The translations under genes and the position numbers were made by a program. The notes beneath the pieces were generated by a model that worked only from the letters and a program-made list of their open reading frames with translations, ran no database searches and had not been told where the DNA came from. A stretch of DNA of 64,000 nt from Escherichia phage BEU42. Shown here in pieces: positions 1-9,165 of this stretch (positions are counted from its first letter, which is position 1; the number at the start of each line of letters is the position of its first letter). The DNA lies in the sequence record OM632669.1, one strand, 5' to 3'.

Positions 1-2526
1 ATGCAAGTAGCTGACTCTACTGAACTGACCACATCAGCAACGTTGGGTGCTCAAGATGCTATGGCCTTCGGTATTTCTGAAGACCCAGCATTCTTCCAAA
101 TACTCAGTGCTAACCTCTATTCTAATCAGAAACTGGCAATGGTACGTGAGACATTGTGCAATAGCTGGGATGCTCATATTGAGGGGGATAAAACAGATAT
201 TCCTATCCATGTAACCATTGATAAAGATGGTTTCCTTATCTTCCGTGACTATGGTTCTGGTATTCCTAAAGATAAGATTCAAGAGGTCTATGGGGTATAT
301 GGTGCATCTACCAAGAAAGCTAATACTGCTTCCACTGGTGGCTTTGGCTTAGGATGTAAATCTCCTATGGCCTATACAGACAGTTTTACAGTCACATCTA
401 TGTGTGACGGAACCAAGACTGTCTATCACATTGCTAAATCTTCTGTTGAGACTAACGGTAAACCAGGGATTATTCCTATCGTTAGCGTACCTACTGAAGA
501 ATCAGGGCTTGAAGTTAAAATTCAGCTTCAGTCAGAAGATATTTTAGAAATTGATTCATATATTCGAGCCATTGTATTACATGGTGAGATTAAATGTATT
601 TACTGCAATCAGTATACAGGACCAAATACAGTAGAGTTATTGCCTGTACTGGGTATGTCTTTTGAACCAGGTAGCTATAACCTAGACCATAACACATGGC
701 ATAAATATTACATGGGCAGTCATTCAATATTTATCCGTTATGGTAATGTTATGTACCCTGCTTTGGATACTCCTGCTACACATGAAGCATTAAAACTGGT
801 TAAACAGTTTATGCAGGTTATTAACTGTAGTCGTATCGTTGTTCAGGCTGCCCCATCATCACTAGCTGTAGCACCTAGCCGTGAAACACTGTCATCTCAA
901 AAAATGACCGAAGACGGTATCGTAAATTTGGCTGTAGCTTTAGTAGATAATATGGAAGCAGATATTAAAGCTCGTCTTCCAAATGCTATTGAATATATTG
1001 GGAAGGCTATTAAAGAATATAGTCCTCACCGTTTTGAAGTAAATAGTTATTTGCCTTACACCAATTTAGTGCCTGATGTTATTGTCAGTCGTTATATGTC
1101 CTCTACTTTATTCAGTAAGCAATATGCCCATCTGTGTAAGAAATGGGGAAATATGGAAATTGACCGTCAACTTGAACATCCTGCACTGGCTCATTTCTCT
1201 GGTTCTCAAAAAGCCCATCTCCGTAAGCATTTAAAGAGGGCTAAGAATTTACGTAATTACAGGGAATTAACTAAAGTATTTACTGATATGGCTATTAAGC
1301 CAATGTTCAAAACCTTTGCTAAATTGGGGATTACTAAAGGTATTTCCCTATTTCATTATCAATACGGTGTTGAACTGTGGCGTAATAATATTGTTAATAG
1401 TGTCCGTAGAATACACTCATTAAACTTCATGACTTATAGTTCTAAGAAGTGCCGTGTATTTGTTACCCCACGTATTACCAATATTGAAGATAGTCTGGCT
1501 GGGTATCCAGAGTTTGATAATCTTTCTACTGAGACACTGGTAAAATATAACTCAATCATTGTCAAAGTTGGAACCAAGAAAGGTGAAGCAGAAGCTATGA
1601 CTAATCTGCTCACTAAAGCAGGATACGAAGTCATTAATATGGCTGAATATCATGAGTGGGATTGTATAGCTCGTAGACGTAAAGAGGAACAAGAGGCTAA
1701 ATTAGCCATTTCCAAATTACAAGCTAAGAAGACTACTAATAAGAAAAAGGTTAGTCCTAATCGTCTTATTAGTATGAATATCCTTGAAATACCAAAAGAG
1801 CATCGTAGCTATTCGAGTGAAGTATGTGGTTCTCACTACGCTTCTCGTTCTCATGACCGAATGGTTGATGTAGATACTCCCCAGTATTACATCATGCAGG
1901 AAGATATTAATAACTACACAGGAAGACTTGGTGTTCTTTCTATGTGGCAATTAACCCCTGCTACCATTAAAGCTGTGACTGTTGTTTGTCGTAATAAAAT
2001 TGAACGTAATAAAGCTATTAAGCGAGGTGCTGTTCATTTGGATGAATGGACTGCTCCGTATATTGCTTCAGTTCTTACATCCAAACAATTCATTAAGTAT
2101 GTCACTAAAGAACGTCAGAAAACGTTAAGTGATATTGGTATTTACTCCAAACACCTCAGATTACTGAGAGAACTGGATATTACATATGCCCCATTGAAAG
2201 GTCTGCGTTATGACCCAGAACTGGAGAATGCTTATCTCTTCTTACAAAGTAGTAGCTACCCTAAGCTACGTGCATTGTTAGGGAAGGGTCTGATTACTGA
2301 AGAAGAGTATTACTTCCTCAGTGATGTTGATGTGCATTGCAAGACTTTCAGTAAGTACTCGGAACTTCGTAGGATACCGAAGATGTTCCTTGATATTGAT
2401 GCTGGGGGTTATATGTTGGCTGCATGTACTGTAGACACATTGCTTCGTGAAATCGAACAATTCCCTGAATCAATCCCTGCAATCAAACTGCTTGTAAAAG
2501 CTGCTCTTAAACGGAATACAGACTGA
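1..2526 (+). CDS. GHKL (HATPase_c) ATPase-domain protein, rIIA-like; may be 5'-truncated at window edge
   Basis: 841-aa ORF starting at nt 1; motifs RDYGSGIP and TGGFGLGCKS resemble GHKL ATP-binding boxes; rIIA-like call is by domain type and size only. Confidence 0.45.
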   Translation: MQVADSTELTTSATLGAQDAMAFGISEDPAFFQILSANLYSNQKLAMVRETLCNSWDAHIEGDKTDIPIHVTIDKDGFLIFRDYGSGIPKDKIQEVYGVYGASTKKANTASTGGFGLGCKSPMAYTDSFTVTSMCDGTKTVYHIAKSSVETNGKPGIIPIVSVPTEESGLEVKIQLQSEDILEIDSYIRAIVLHGEIKCIYCNQYTGPNTVELLPVLGMSFEPGSYNLDHNTWHKYYMGSHSIFIRYGNVMYPALDTPATHEALKLVKQFMQVINCSRIVVQAAPSSLAVAPSRETLSSQKMTEDGIVNLAVALVDNMEADIKARLPNAIEYIGKAIKEYSPHRFEVNSYLPYTNLVPDVIVSRYMSSTLFSKQYAHLCKKWGNMEIDRQLEHPALAHFSGSQKAHLRKHLKRAKNLRNYRELTKVFTDMAIKPMFKTFAKLGITKGISLFHYQYGVELWRNNIVNSVRRIHSLNFMTYSSKKCRVFVTPRITNIEDSLAGYPEFDNLSTETLVKYNSIIVKVGTKKGEAEAMTNLLTKAGYEVINMAEYHEWDCIARRRKEEQEAKLAISKLQAKKTTNKKKVSPNRLISMNILEIPKEHRSYSSEVCGSHYASRSHDRMVDVDTPQYYIMQEDINNYTGRLGVLSMWQLTPATIKAVTVVCRNKIERNKAIKRGAVHLDEWTAPYIASVLTSKQFIKYVTKERQKTLSDIGIYSKHLRLLRELDITYAPLKGLRYDPELENAYLFLQSSSYPKLRALLGKGLITEEEYYFLSDVDVHCKTFSKYSELRRIPKMFLDIDAGGYMLAACTVDTLLREIEQFPESIPAIKLLVKAALKRNTD

Positions 2527-2534
2527 AAATTAAA

Positions 2535-3374
2535 ATGCCTGTTCTTAAAGTGATGTTCCATAAAGACACCAACGTAGCTACTGTACTGGATGCCAGTGGT
2601 AGCCTTAGTGATGGTTCCGTTGAGGTGGGTACTTTCCATCATCCTGATGAAACCTATCCTGATAGTGTAACTATCTATCATGGTGTACGTGACCTGCTGT
2701 ATAAACGCAGTGCTAAAGACCCATCTCAAACTGCTTCTTACCCAAATAACATTATCAATATGCAAGTTATCAGTATTGATATGAAGGCAACTCCTCGCCT
2801 GATTTTGGGTACTGCATTACCTCGTGTAATCTCTACTATTGAAGGCAAAGATGTAACCTGGCATGTAGATGTTGCTGGTGGTAAAGCACCATTGACTTAC
2901 AAGTGGCAGTTTAAAGCTAATACTGTAGGTGCTGCTTTCGCTGATATTGATTCCGGAGAGAATCCTACAGCTAAAACTGCAACTCTTATTAACCATGCAG
3001 TAACTGCTGAATCTGCTGGTACTTATAAAGTCATCGTTACTGATGCTAACGGTACTACTATCGAGAGTTCTTCTCTGCTGGTTGTAGGAGTTCAGGAACC
3101 ACCTGAAGTAGCTTCTATTGTTGCTTATCCAAGTCCACTGGCTCTATCAGTAGCTGATGATATTACTGATGGTAAAACAGTTAAATTTTCTTCCCTGCCT
3201 GCTGGCTCTTTGATTGGTACTCTGTCCATTAAGACCCAGCCTGACAGTGGTAAAGCTACTGCTGAGATTAGTGGTAATGTACTGACAGTTAAACCTGTAG
3301 CCGCAGGTGACACTACTGTAGTGGTCACCAACGGAACCAAGGAAGTAACTGTTACGGTTAATGTTACAGAATAA
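2535..3374 (+). CDS. Ig-like (Big_2-type) domain protein, possible capsid decoration/surface protein
   Basis: 279-aa ORF with ATG; beta-rich T/V/S repeats ending TVVVTNGTKEVTVTVNVTE typical of bacterial Ig-like domains; no hydrophobic segments. Confidence 0.45.
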   Translation: MPVLKVMFHKDTNVATVLDASGSLSDGSVEVGTFHHPDETYPDSVTIYHGVRDLLYKRSAKDPSQTASYPNNIINMQVISIDMKATPRLILGTALPRVISTIEGKDVTWHVDVAGGKAPLTYKWQFKANTVGAAFADIDSGENPTAKTATLINHAVTAESAGTYKVIVTDANGTTIESSSLLVVGVQEPPEVASIVAYPSPLALSVADDITDGKTVKFSSLPAGSLIGTLSIKTQPDSGKATAEISGNVLTVKPVAAGDTTVVVTNGTKEVTVTVNVTE

Positions 3375-3395
3375 TGTGATTGTTTTTATGAATGT

Positions 3396-3418
3396 AGCCC
3401 TCCTTGTGGGGGCTTTTT
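3396..3418 (+). terminator. rho-independent terminator candidate
   Basis: GC hairpin agccc...gggct followed by TTTTT just downstream of the stop at 3374. Confidence 0.45.
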
Positions 3419-3443
3419 AGTATCTATAGGAGAGTAAATAATT

Positions 3444-3758
3444 ATGGCTAATAAGAACCGTCTTCGTGTATGGCATATCCCTCAAGTACCCGGCAAAGCC
3501 TTCTATGTTGAAGTAGATTCAGTAGAAGAAGGTGTACGTATCATTGATATACTAGCCAACTATGACCTATTCCAGTATGAGAACAATATCAAAGGTGATT
3601 ACTGCAATGTCTCTGGTTTACAGATGTATGATGAACATATCACTGATGATGAAATGGAAGAGATGGGTCTGACTGACCGTTGGGTAGACTGGTACTATGA
3701 AGATGACCAGAGCTTTTTTGATAACCCGAAAGAGTATTTGAATAATCTCAAGAAGTAA
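3444..3758 (+). CDS. hypothetical small acidic protein
   Basis: 104-aa ORF, ATG preceded by GGAGAG; D/E-rich C-terminal half. Confidence 0.5.
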   Translation: MANKNRLRVWHIPQVPGKAFYVEVDSVEEGVRIIDILANYDLFQYENNIKGDYCNVSGLQMYDEHITDDEMEEMGLTDRWVDWYYEDDQSFFDNPKEYLNNLKK

Positions 3759-3798
3759 TTTCTTGGGGTTAATGACCCTTATTAATTCCTTATCCTTT

Positions 3799-3821
3799 GC
3801 CCTCCTATGGAGGGCTTTTTT
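3799..3821 (+). terminator. rho-independent terminator
   Basis: 7-bp stem gccctcc/ggagggc, 3-nt loop, then TTTTTT. Confidence 0.6.
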
Positions 3822-3832
3822 ACGGAGTACAA

Positions 3833-4039
3833 ATGTTTAAGTTTTTAGACCTTATCTGGGCAGTCATTTTGCTGGTTGCTACAGGCTTTGTATATGGCTT
3901 CTTGCTCCCATCAATGATGTCTGCTTTAGACAGCATCATTGTTGTTATGGGCTTGATAGTCTGTATTGTGTGGCCTCTTATCGTAGGCCGTATCGTTTAT
4001 CTTACAGTTAAGAAAAGGATGAGAAGAAAACATGTATAA
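3833..4039 (+). CDS. small membrane protein (2 predicted TM helices)
   Basis: ORF track gives 3797 (TTG); ATG at 3833 has GGAG 5 nt upstream; product MFKFLDLIWAVILLVATGFVYGFLLP... is hydrophobic; stop overlaps start of next gene. Confidence 0.45.
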   Translation: MFKFLDLIWAVILLVATGFVYGFLLPSMMSALDSIIVVMGLIVCIVWPLIVGRIVYLTVKKRMRRKHV

Positions 4040-4868
4040 GTACATTGCAGTAGCAATTGCAGGGCTAATCATTGCTCTAAGTTTAACGAGCTGCTATGAC
4101 CGAGTTGAACCAGGTAATGTAGGTATTATCGTTAACCGTCTCGGTGAAGATAAAGGCGTGGAAAATGAGGTTAAAGGTGTAGGCCGTTACTGGCTCACTT
4201 GGAATGAAGAACTTTATACATTCCCAACCTTTAAGCAGATGAAGACCTATGATGGTCTGTTCTACTTCCAACTGTCTGATGGTACTCAGATAGGCCACCA
4301 GATGGCTATCAGCTATAAAGTGAACCCTACTAAGGTAACTAATATCTTCCAGACGTATCGTAAGGGAGTTAATGAAATTACCGAGCAGGATTTACGCCAA
4401 CGTATTGCTGATGTACTTAACAGACAGGGTAACCTGATTAACACTGATACATTTATTGATGGTGGTAAATCTAAGCTACTAGATAGTGTCACTGACACAA
4501 TCCGTAAAGAGATGGAACCAGTGGGGATTGATATTATTGCTATCTCCTGGATTGGTGCTCCTGAATACCCTGATAACGTTAAACGTGCCATTAATGCCAA
4601 AGTAGAAGCTACTCAGAAAACTCTGCAACGTGAGCAAGAGATTCAACAACGTGTAGCTGAAGCTAATATGGAACGTGAACAAGCTAAGGGTGTAGCTGAT
4701 GCTATTCTGATTAAAGCTAAAGCAGAGGCTGATGCTATTCGTTTACGTGGTGAAGCACTCACCGAGAATCCAAATGTAATGCAACTGGAAGCTATTAATA
4801 AGTGGAATGGTACATTACCTACCACAATGATTCCTGGGGCTACTACACCTTTCGTTAATGTGAAATAA
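4032..4868 (+). CDS. SPFH/band-7 (stomatin/prohibitin-like) lipoprotein
   Basis: 278-aa ORF; N-terminal signal with lipobox-like LTSC; SPFH-like core followed by charged coiled-coil segment (EQEIQQRVAEANMEREQAKG...). Confidence 0.55.
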   Translation: MYKYIAVAIAGLIIALSLTSCYDRVEPGNVGIIVNRLGEDKGVENEVKGVGRYWLTWNEELYTFPTFKQMKTYDGLFYFQLSDGTQIGHQMAISYKVNPTKVTNIFQTYRKGVNEITEQDLRQRIADVLNRQGNLINTDTFIDGGKSKLLDSVTDTIRKEMEPVGIDIIAISWIGAPEYPDNVKRAINAKVEATQKTLQREQEIQQRVAEANMEREQAKGVADAILIKAKAEADAIRLRGEALTENPNVMQLEAINKWNGTLPTTMIPGATTPFVNVK

Positions 4869-4874
4869 CTAAGC

Positions 4875-4905
4875 AAACCCACCATTACGGTGGGTTTATT
4901 TTTTG
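4875..4905 (+). terminator. rho-independent terminator
   Basis: 9-bp stem aaacccacc/ggtgggttt then TTTATTTTTT, 7 nt after stop at 4868. Confidence 0.65.
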
Positions 4906-4930
4906 AAGTTATCTAACACTGGGTATTCCT

Positions 4931-5155
4931 ATGAAAGTAAATGTTTTACGTCGTAAGAAAGTTCCTTTCTTTCAAATCAATTGTGGTTCATGTTTTCAAC
5001 ACGATGATGACTACTATATGAAGTGTAGTTATCAATCTAAAGAACACTTCTATGGTGTGAATTTACAAACAGGGCATCTGTTCACATTTGATAATAATGA
5101 CTTTGTTTATCCTGTGACTTTAGAAGCATGTATTCCTGACCCACTTAATAAATAG
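4931..5155 (+). CDS. hypothetical protein
   Basis: 74-aa ORF with ATG; contains CGSC motif; no recognisable domain. Confidence 0.35.
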   Translation: MKVNVLRRKKVPFFQINCGSCFQHDDDYYMKCSYQSKEHFYGVNLQTGHLFTFDNNDFVYPVTLEACIPDPLNK

Positions 5156-5156
5156 T

Positions 5157-5513
5157 ATGGCTCAAGAAAAGAATCGTCGTCAGACACTTATCGAACGTAT
5201 TCAGGCCAGAATCAAATTACAGGACTTAGGCTATACCGTTAATGGTCAGCCTAGCCTCTGTCACATCTGGACTGGTTCACATTCAGGTAATGGACGCGGT
5301 GGGCAATATGGCAGGATTTCCGTGAATGGAGTTACCTCTGCAACTCACATTATTGCCTATACCCATTATCATGGTTATATCCCCAATAAGATGCAAGTAG
5401 ACCATCTCTGTAATAATCGTCTGTGCTGTAACCCTGAACATCTTGAATTGGTTACTCACCAAGAGAACCAGAGAAGAAGGGCTAAGCGTTCTAAATCTAA
5501 AGGAAATAAATAA
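5157..5513 (+). CDS. HNH endonuclease (free-standing homing endonuclease-like)
   Basis: 118-aa ORF; HNH signature VDHLCNNRLCCNPEHLELVTHQEN. Confidence 0.7.
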   Translation: MAQEKNRRQTLIERIQARIKLQDLGYTVNGQPSLCHIWTGSHSGNGRGGQYGRISVNGVTSATHIIAYTHYHGYIPNKMQVDHLCNNRLCCNPEHLELVTHQENQRRRAKRSKSKGNK

Positions 5514-5684
5514 ATGATTAAAAAACTTATTTGTAAACTTATTGCAGCAATCTTAATTAGTATTATTGGTATTGCATGGGTAATTTCTACTCCAGATAAC
5601 GTTATGCAACAAATTTATTATGCTGTATATACATCAACCTCTTTTGTTTGGGTTTATGTAATGTACCGTATTTGTAGCGACTAA
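5514..5684 (+). CDS. small hydrophobic protein (56 aa, about 2 TM), absent from ORF track
   Basis: ATG immediately after HNH stop (taaATG); translates MIKKLICKLIAAILISIIGIAWVISTPDNVMQQIYYAVYTSTSFVWVYVMYRICSD. Confidence 0.35.
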   Translation: MIKKLICKLIAAILISIIGIAWVISTPDNVMQQIYYAVYTSTSFVWVYVMYRICSD

Positions 5685-5713
5685 TACTTAATATAGCTTA
5701 ACTGGAGAGTAAA

Positions 5714-6772
5714 ATGGCTAGTATTGATTCTATTGCCGTATGTAATCCACGGCAGGTACGTAAATTTGTTGAACACTGTATCCGTTCAGGATTGGTTCCA
5801 TTTATCACTTCATCTCCTGGTATGGGTAAATCTGCAATTGTTCATCAGATTGCAGAAGACTTTGGCCTGAAACTGATTGACCATCGTCTGTCTACTTCAG
5901 CACCAGAAGACCTGTCAGGTCTGCCTCGTTTTAAAGAAAATGGTCGTGCTGAATTTGCTCCATTTGACGAGCTATTCCCACTGGAAGGGGATACTGTACC
6001 TGAAGGATTTAATGGCTGGCTTCTCTTTCTCGATGAGTTTAACTCTGCTCGTAAAGAGATTCAGGCTGCTGCTTATAAATTGGTACTCGACCGTATGACT
6101 GGTCAGAAGAAGCTACATCCTTATGTAGCTATCGTATGTGCTGGTAACAAAGCAACTGACCGTGCCATTACTAATAACCTGTCTACAGCTATGCAATCAC
6201 GTCTTATTCATCTGGAAATGGAGACTGATTTTGATGTCTTTATGGAAGATGTAGCTATCCCTAACAAATGGGATGAGCGTGTAATTGCATTCCTGAATGC
6301 TAACCCAAATAAACTGAATGATTTTGAACCAGACCATCAAGAGAAGACTTTCTGTTGTTCTCGTACATGGGAGTTCGTTAACAAGATTGTTTCCATTCTC
6401 CCACCGGGACCGATTGATAGTGAAATGACTCTGCTATTAGCAGGCACTATCACCTCTGGTGTAGCAACATCATTCGTCCAGTTTACTCAGGTCTATAGCA
6501 ACATGGTGTCTTTGAATGAGATTTTGGATAATCCTAAGAAAGCTCGTATGCCTGAAGACAATAACCTGTTGTGGGCTGTAGTCACTTCACTGATTAACAA
6601 TACTGACGAAGATAATCATTCGAAAATCTTTGATTACGTTGAACGTATGCCATTTACGTTCAAGGTTTTGTACTACCGTTCCGTAGGTAGTCTGGTTCCA
6701 GCTTTGGTTAAATTACCGAACTGGCGTGTTGCTGCAATCACATTATCTAAATACGTTCATGGTTCCAATTAA
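5714..6772 (+). CDS. AAA+ ATPase, MoxR-like
   Basis: Walker A SSPGMGKSA, Walker B LLFLDEFNSA; 352 aa; followed by VWA protein as in MoxR-VWA pairs. Confidence 0.7.
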   Translation: MASIDSIAVCNPRQVRKFVEHCIRSGLVPFITSSPGMGKSAIVHQIAEDFGLKLIDHRLSTSAPEDLSGLPRFKENGRAEFAPFDELFPLEGDTVPEGFNGWLLFLDEFNSARKEIQAAAYKLVLDRMTGQKKLHPYVAIVCAGNKATDRAITNNLSTAMQSRLIHLEMETDFDVFMEDVAIPNKWDERVIAFLNANPNKLNDFEPDHQEKTFCCSRTWEFVNKIVSILPPGPIDSEMTLLLAGTITSGVATSFVQFTQVYSNMVSLNEILDNPKKARMPEDNNLLWAVVTSLINNTDEDNHSKIFDYVERMPFTFKVLYYRSVGSLVPALVKLPNWRVAAITLSKYVHGSN

Positions 6773-6938
6773 CAAGAAAGGAGTTACAGACCTCCTGTAT
6801 GTTGCTGGCTTTAACGGTGAAAAAATTACCGTATATGCCCCAAGTCTGGCTGCTGCTAAACAAAAGGCAGTTGAATACTTTCGTCCAAAGAAACGTGTAG
6901 CCCATACCATTTGGGTTCATCTCGCAGAGGAAAACTGA
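6762..6938 (+). CDS. hypothetical small protein (start uncertain)
   Basis: ORF track 6726..6938; in-frame ATG at 6762 (MVPINKKG...) fills gap between AAA and VWA genes. Confidence 0.25.
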   Translation, partial: VPINKKGVTDLLYVAGFNGEKITVYAPSLAAAKQKAVEYFRPKKRVAHTIWVHLAEEN

Positions 6939-6939
6939 T

Positions 6940-8082
6940 ATGTCCATGACAGATGCTCAATTAACCCGTGAATATGACAGATGTCAGGCTAAAGCCTTTA
7001 TGGGCAAAACTGCTGCATTCTTTGGTTCACTGTTATGTTCTCTGAAGTTCCGTTGGGTAAAAGATGGCTGTGATACAGCACAAACCGATGGTGAGCATCT
7101 CGAATGGAATCCTGATTGGTTTGAGAGTCTATTACCTGAATCTCGTGTAACAGTACTCATGCATGAACTATGGCATGTCGGCTTACTGCATTCTGTTCGT
7201 ATGGGTTCTCGTGACCCAGAAGTATGGAATTATGCCTGTGATATTTATATCAACAATCAGCTTATTCAGGATGGCTACAGCTTTATAGGAATCGAAAATT
7301 GCTGGAAAGACTCTAAGTATGCTGGTTGGGCTGAAGAACAAATCTATGATGACCTCATGAGCAAACAGATACGTCCTCCTAAAGCATCAGGTGCTTTTGG
7401 GGCTGGCTCAGGTGGTGACATGAAACCTTCCACTTCGAAGGCTAGTCAGGTAAATATTGTCAATAATGTAGTAAGAGCCATGCACCAACAGAAACTATCT
7501 GGTGGTTCTTTGCCTGGGGTATTACCTGGAAAAATGGAAGAAGTTATTACTCAATTCCTGAAACCAGTAGTACCGTGGCAGGTCTTACTTGAACGCTTCT
7601 TCAATGACCTGCAAGAAACTTACTACTCATGGCAACGGCCTAATCGTAGATACCCTGATATGTACCTACCATCTCCTATGGATGATGACGGTAGACTGGA
7701 ACATCTGGCTTATTTCCTCGATACATCTGGCTCCATTAAACCTAAAGATGCTTTACGCTTTAGCTCTGAAGTGGCCTATGTAAAAGAGAAATACCAGCCT
7801 CAGAAGATGACTCTAGTTCAGTTCACTACAGAGATTGTAGATGAACAAGTCATTGAAGATGGTGATAAGTTTACTGATGTCACTATCAAAGGACGGGGTG
7901 GTACTAGTCTGGTTCCTGTACGTGAGTGGATTATTAAGCATAAGCCTACTGCTGCCATTATCTTTACTGACTTAGAAGTCAGACCGATGGAGCCATTGCC
8001 ATTTGACATTCCTGTCATATGGGTAGTTATTCGTAACCCTGGTGCACAAGTTCCATTTGGGAAAGTTATTAACATTACATGA
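6940..8082 (+). CDS. VWA-domain protein with N-terminal HExxH metallopeptidase-like motif (partner of MoxR ATPase)
   Basis: 380 aa; MHELWHVGLLH motif; MIDAS-like DTSGS motif (YFLDTSGSIKP). Confidence 0.6.
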   Translation: MSMTDAQLTREYDRCQAKAFMGKTAAFFGSLLCSLKFRWVKDGCDTAQTDGEHLEWNPDWFESLLPESRVTVLMHELWHVGLLHSVRMGSRDPEVWNYACDIYINNQLIQDGYSFIGIENCWKDSKYAGWAEEQIYDDLMSKQIRPPKASGAFGAGSGGDMKPSTSKASQVNIVNNVVRAMHQQKLSGGSLPGVLPGKMEEVITQFLKPVVPWQVLLERFFNDLQETYYSWQRPNRRYPDMYLPSPMDDDGRLEHLAYFLDTSGSIKPKDALRFSSEVAYVKEKYQPQKMTLVQFTTEIVDEQVIEDGDKFTDVTIKGRGGTSLVPVREWIIKHKPTAAIIFTDLEVRPMEPLPFDIPVIWVVIRNPGAQVPFGKVINIT

Positions 8083-8088
8083 GGTTTT

Positions 8089-8595
8089 ATGGTTGTTAAT
8101 GGAAAACTATTGTTAGGTGCTATACCCATTAAGGGCATGGTTAACAGTAAACTCAGTTCAGGTGAGACTACATTTGGACTGGGAGAAGCTGGTTATGACA
8201 TCCGTATTAAACAGGATGTTACCTTCTACCGATTTCTTGGTTTGATTCCCTGCATCAAGATTAAGGATGAAGGAAAGACCAAGTGGAAGTTTGGCACTTT
8301 CACATTAGCTTCTGCAATGGAACGTTTCAATGTACCTGCTGGCCTAGTGGGTATTGTCCATGACAAATCTACATGGGCAAGGCGTACATTATCTGTATTT
8401 AATACCGTTATTGAACCAGGATGGTCAGGCTATCTGACTTTAGAACTGGTTTATCACGGTCGTAAAAAACTTCATATCCCTGCTGGTTCAGGTATTGCTC
8501 AGGTCATCTTCCATGAGACAGTAGAGAATACTACCTACAATGGACGATACCAGAACCAGCCTAATCAACCTGTAGCTGCTAAGTCAGCTCGTTAA
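8089..8595 (+). CDS. dCTP deaminase / dUTPase-superfamily protein
   Basis: 168 aa; GYDIRI and beta-rich pattern typical of dCTP deaminase. Confidence 0.5.
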   Translation: MVVNGKLLLGAIPIKGMVNSKLSSGETTFGLGEAGYDIRIKQDVTFYRFLGLIPCIKIKDEGKTKWKFGTFTLASAMERFNVPAGLVGIVHDKSTWARRTLSVFNTVIEPGWSGYLTLELVYHGRKKLHIPAGSGIAQVIFHETVENTTYNGRYQNQPNQPVAAKSAR

Positions 8596-8608
8596 TTAAG
8601 GAAATATC

Positions 8609-8809
8609 ATGTCTATCTTTACTACTAAGGTTAATGGTCAGAAAGTTACTGTTGTTGCTCGTAACGTAGCTTACGTTACTGAAAACAGTGAAGGCCGTGG
8701 TGTAATTACTTTTACTAACGGTGATTCCATTGATACCCAGGTAGGTTATGACTCTATCCGTCGTAACGTAGCTAAAGCACTTGATGGTGCTAAAGACATC
8801 GCAGAGTAA
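8609..8809 (+). CDS. hypothetical protein
   Basis: 66-aa ORF, ATG with AAGGAAA upstream; followed by two hairpins. Confidence 0.45.
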   Translation: MSIFTTKVNGQKVTVVARNVAYVTENSEGRGVITFTNGDSIDTQVGYDSIRRNVAKALDGAKDIAE

Positions 8810-8884
8810 GGTGTTTACAGTAATGGGGCTATATAGTAGCCCCATTTATGGAAATTCCTTTCTCCATTGCTTAGTCCCAACTAT

Positions 8885-8907
8885 GCCCACTTTATGTGGG
8901 CTTTTTT
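8885..8907 (+). terminator. rho-independent terminator
   Basis: stem gcccac/gtgggc then TTTTTT; preceded by a second hairpin at about 8823-8845. Confidence 0.6.
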
Positions 8908-8922
8908 AATTAGAGACTATGT

Positions 8923-9165
8923 ATGAGCAAACTAGGTATACACGTTTACATAGATGAAGCCGAGAAGATATACCCCTATACATTATTTAGTTCCAGTGAT
9001 TTACTTCAGATGAAGGTAAACTCCATCATCGTAAACTACTGGTATAACGATAAGAATTGGGATTACTGGGCTGCACGACAGAAGAGTAAGAACAAGAAAG
9101 ATATATTCAAAAGCAAATCAACTCCACATATGTTTCCTTGGTATCACAGAAACCGGAGATATTGA
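8923..9165 (+). CDS. hypothetical protein
   Basis: 80-aa ORF; weak RBS; stop overlaps next start (TGATG). Confidence 0.3.
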   Translation: MSKLGIHVYIDEAEKIYPYTLFSSSDLLQMKVNSIIVNYWYNDKNWDYWAARQKSKNKKDIFKSKSTPHMFPWYHRNRRY

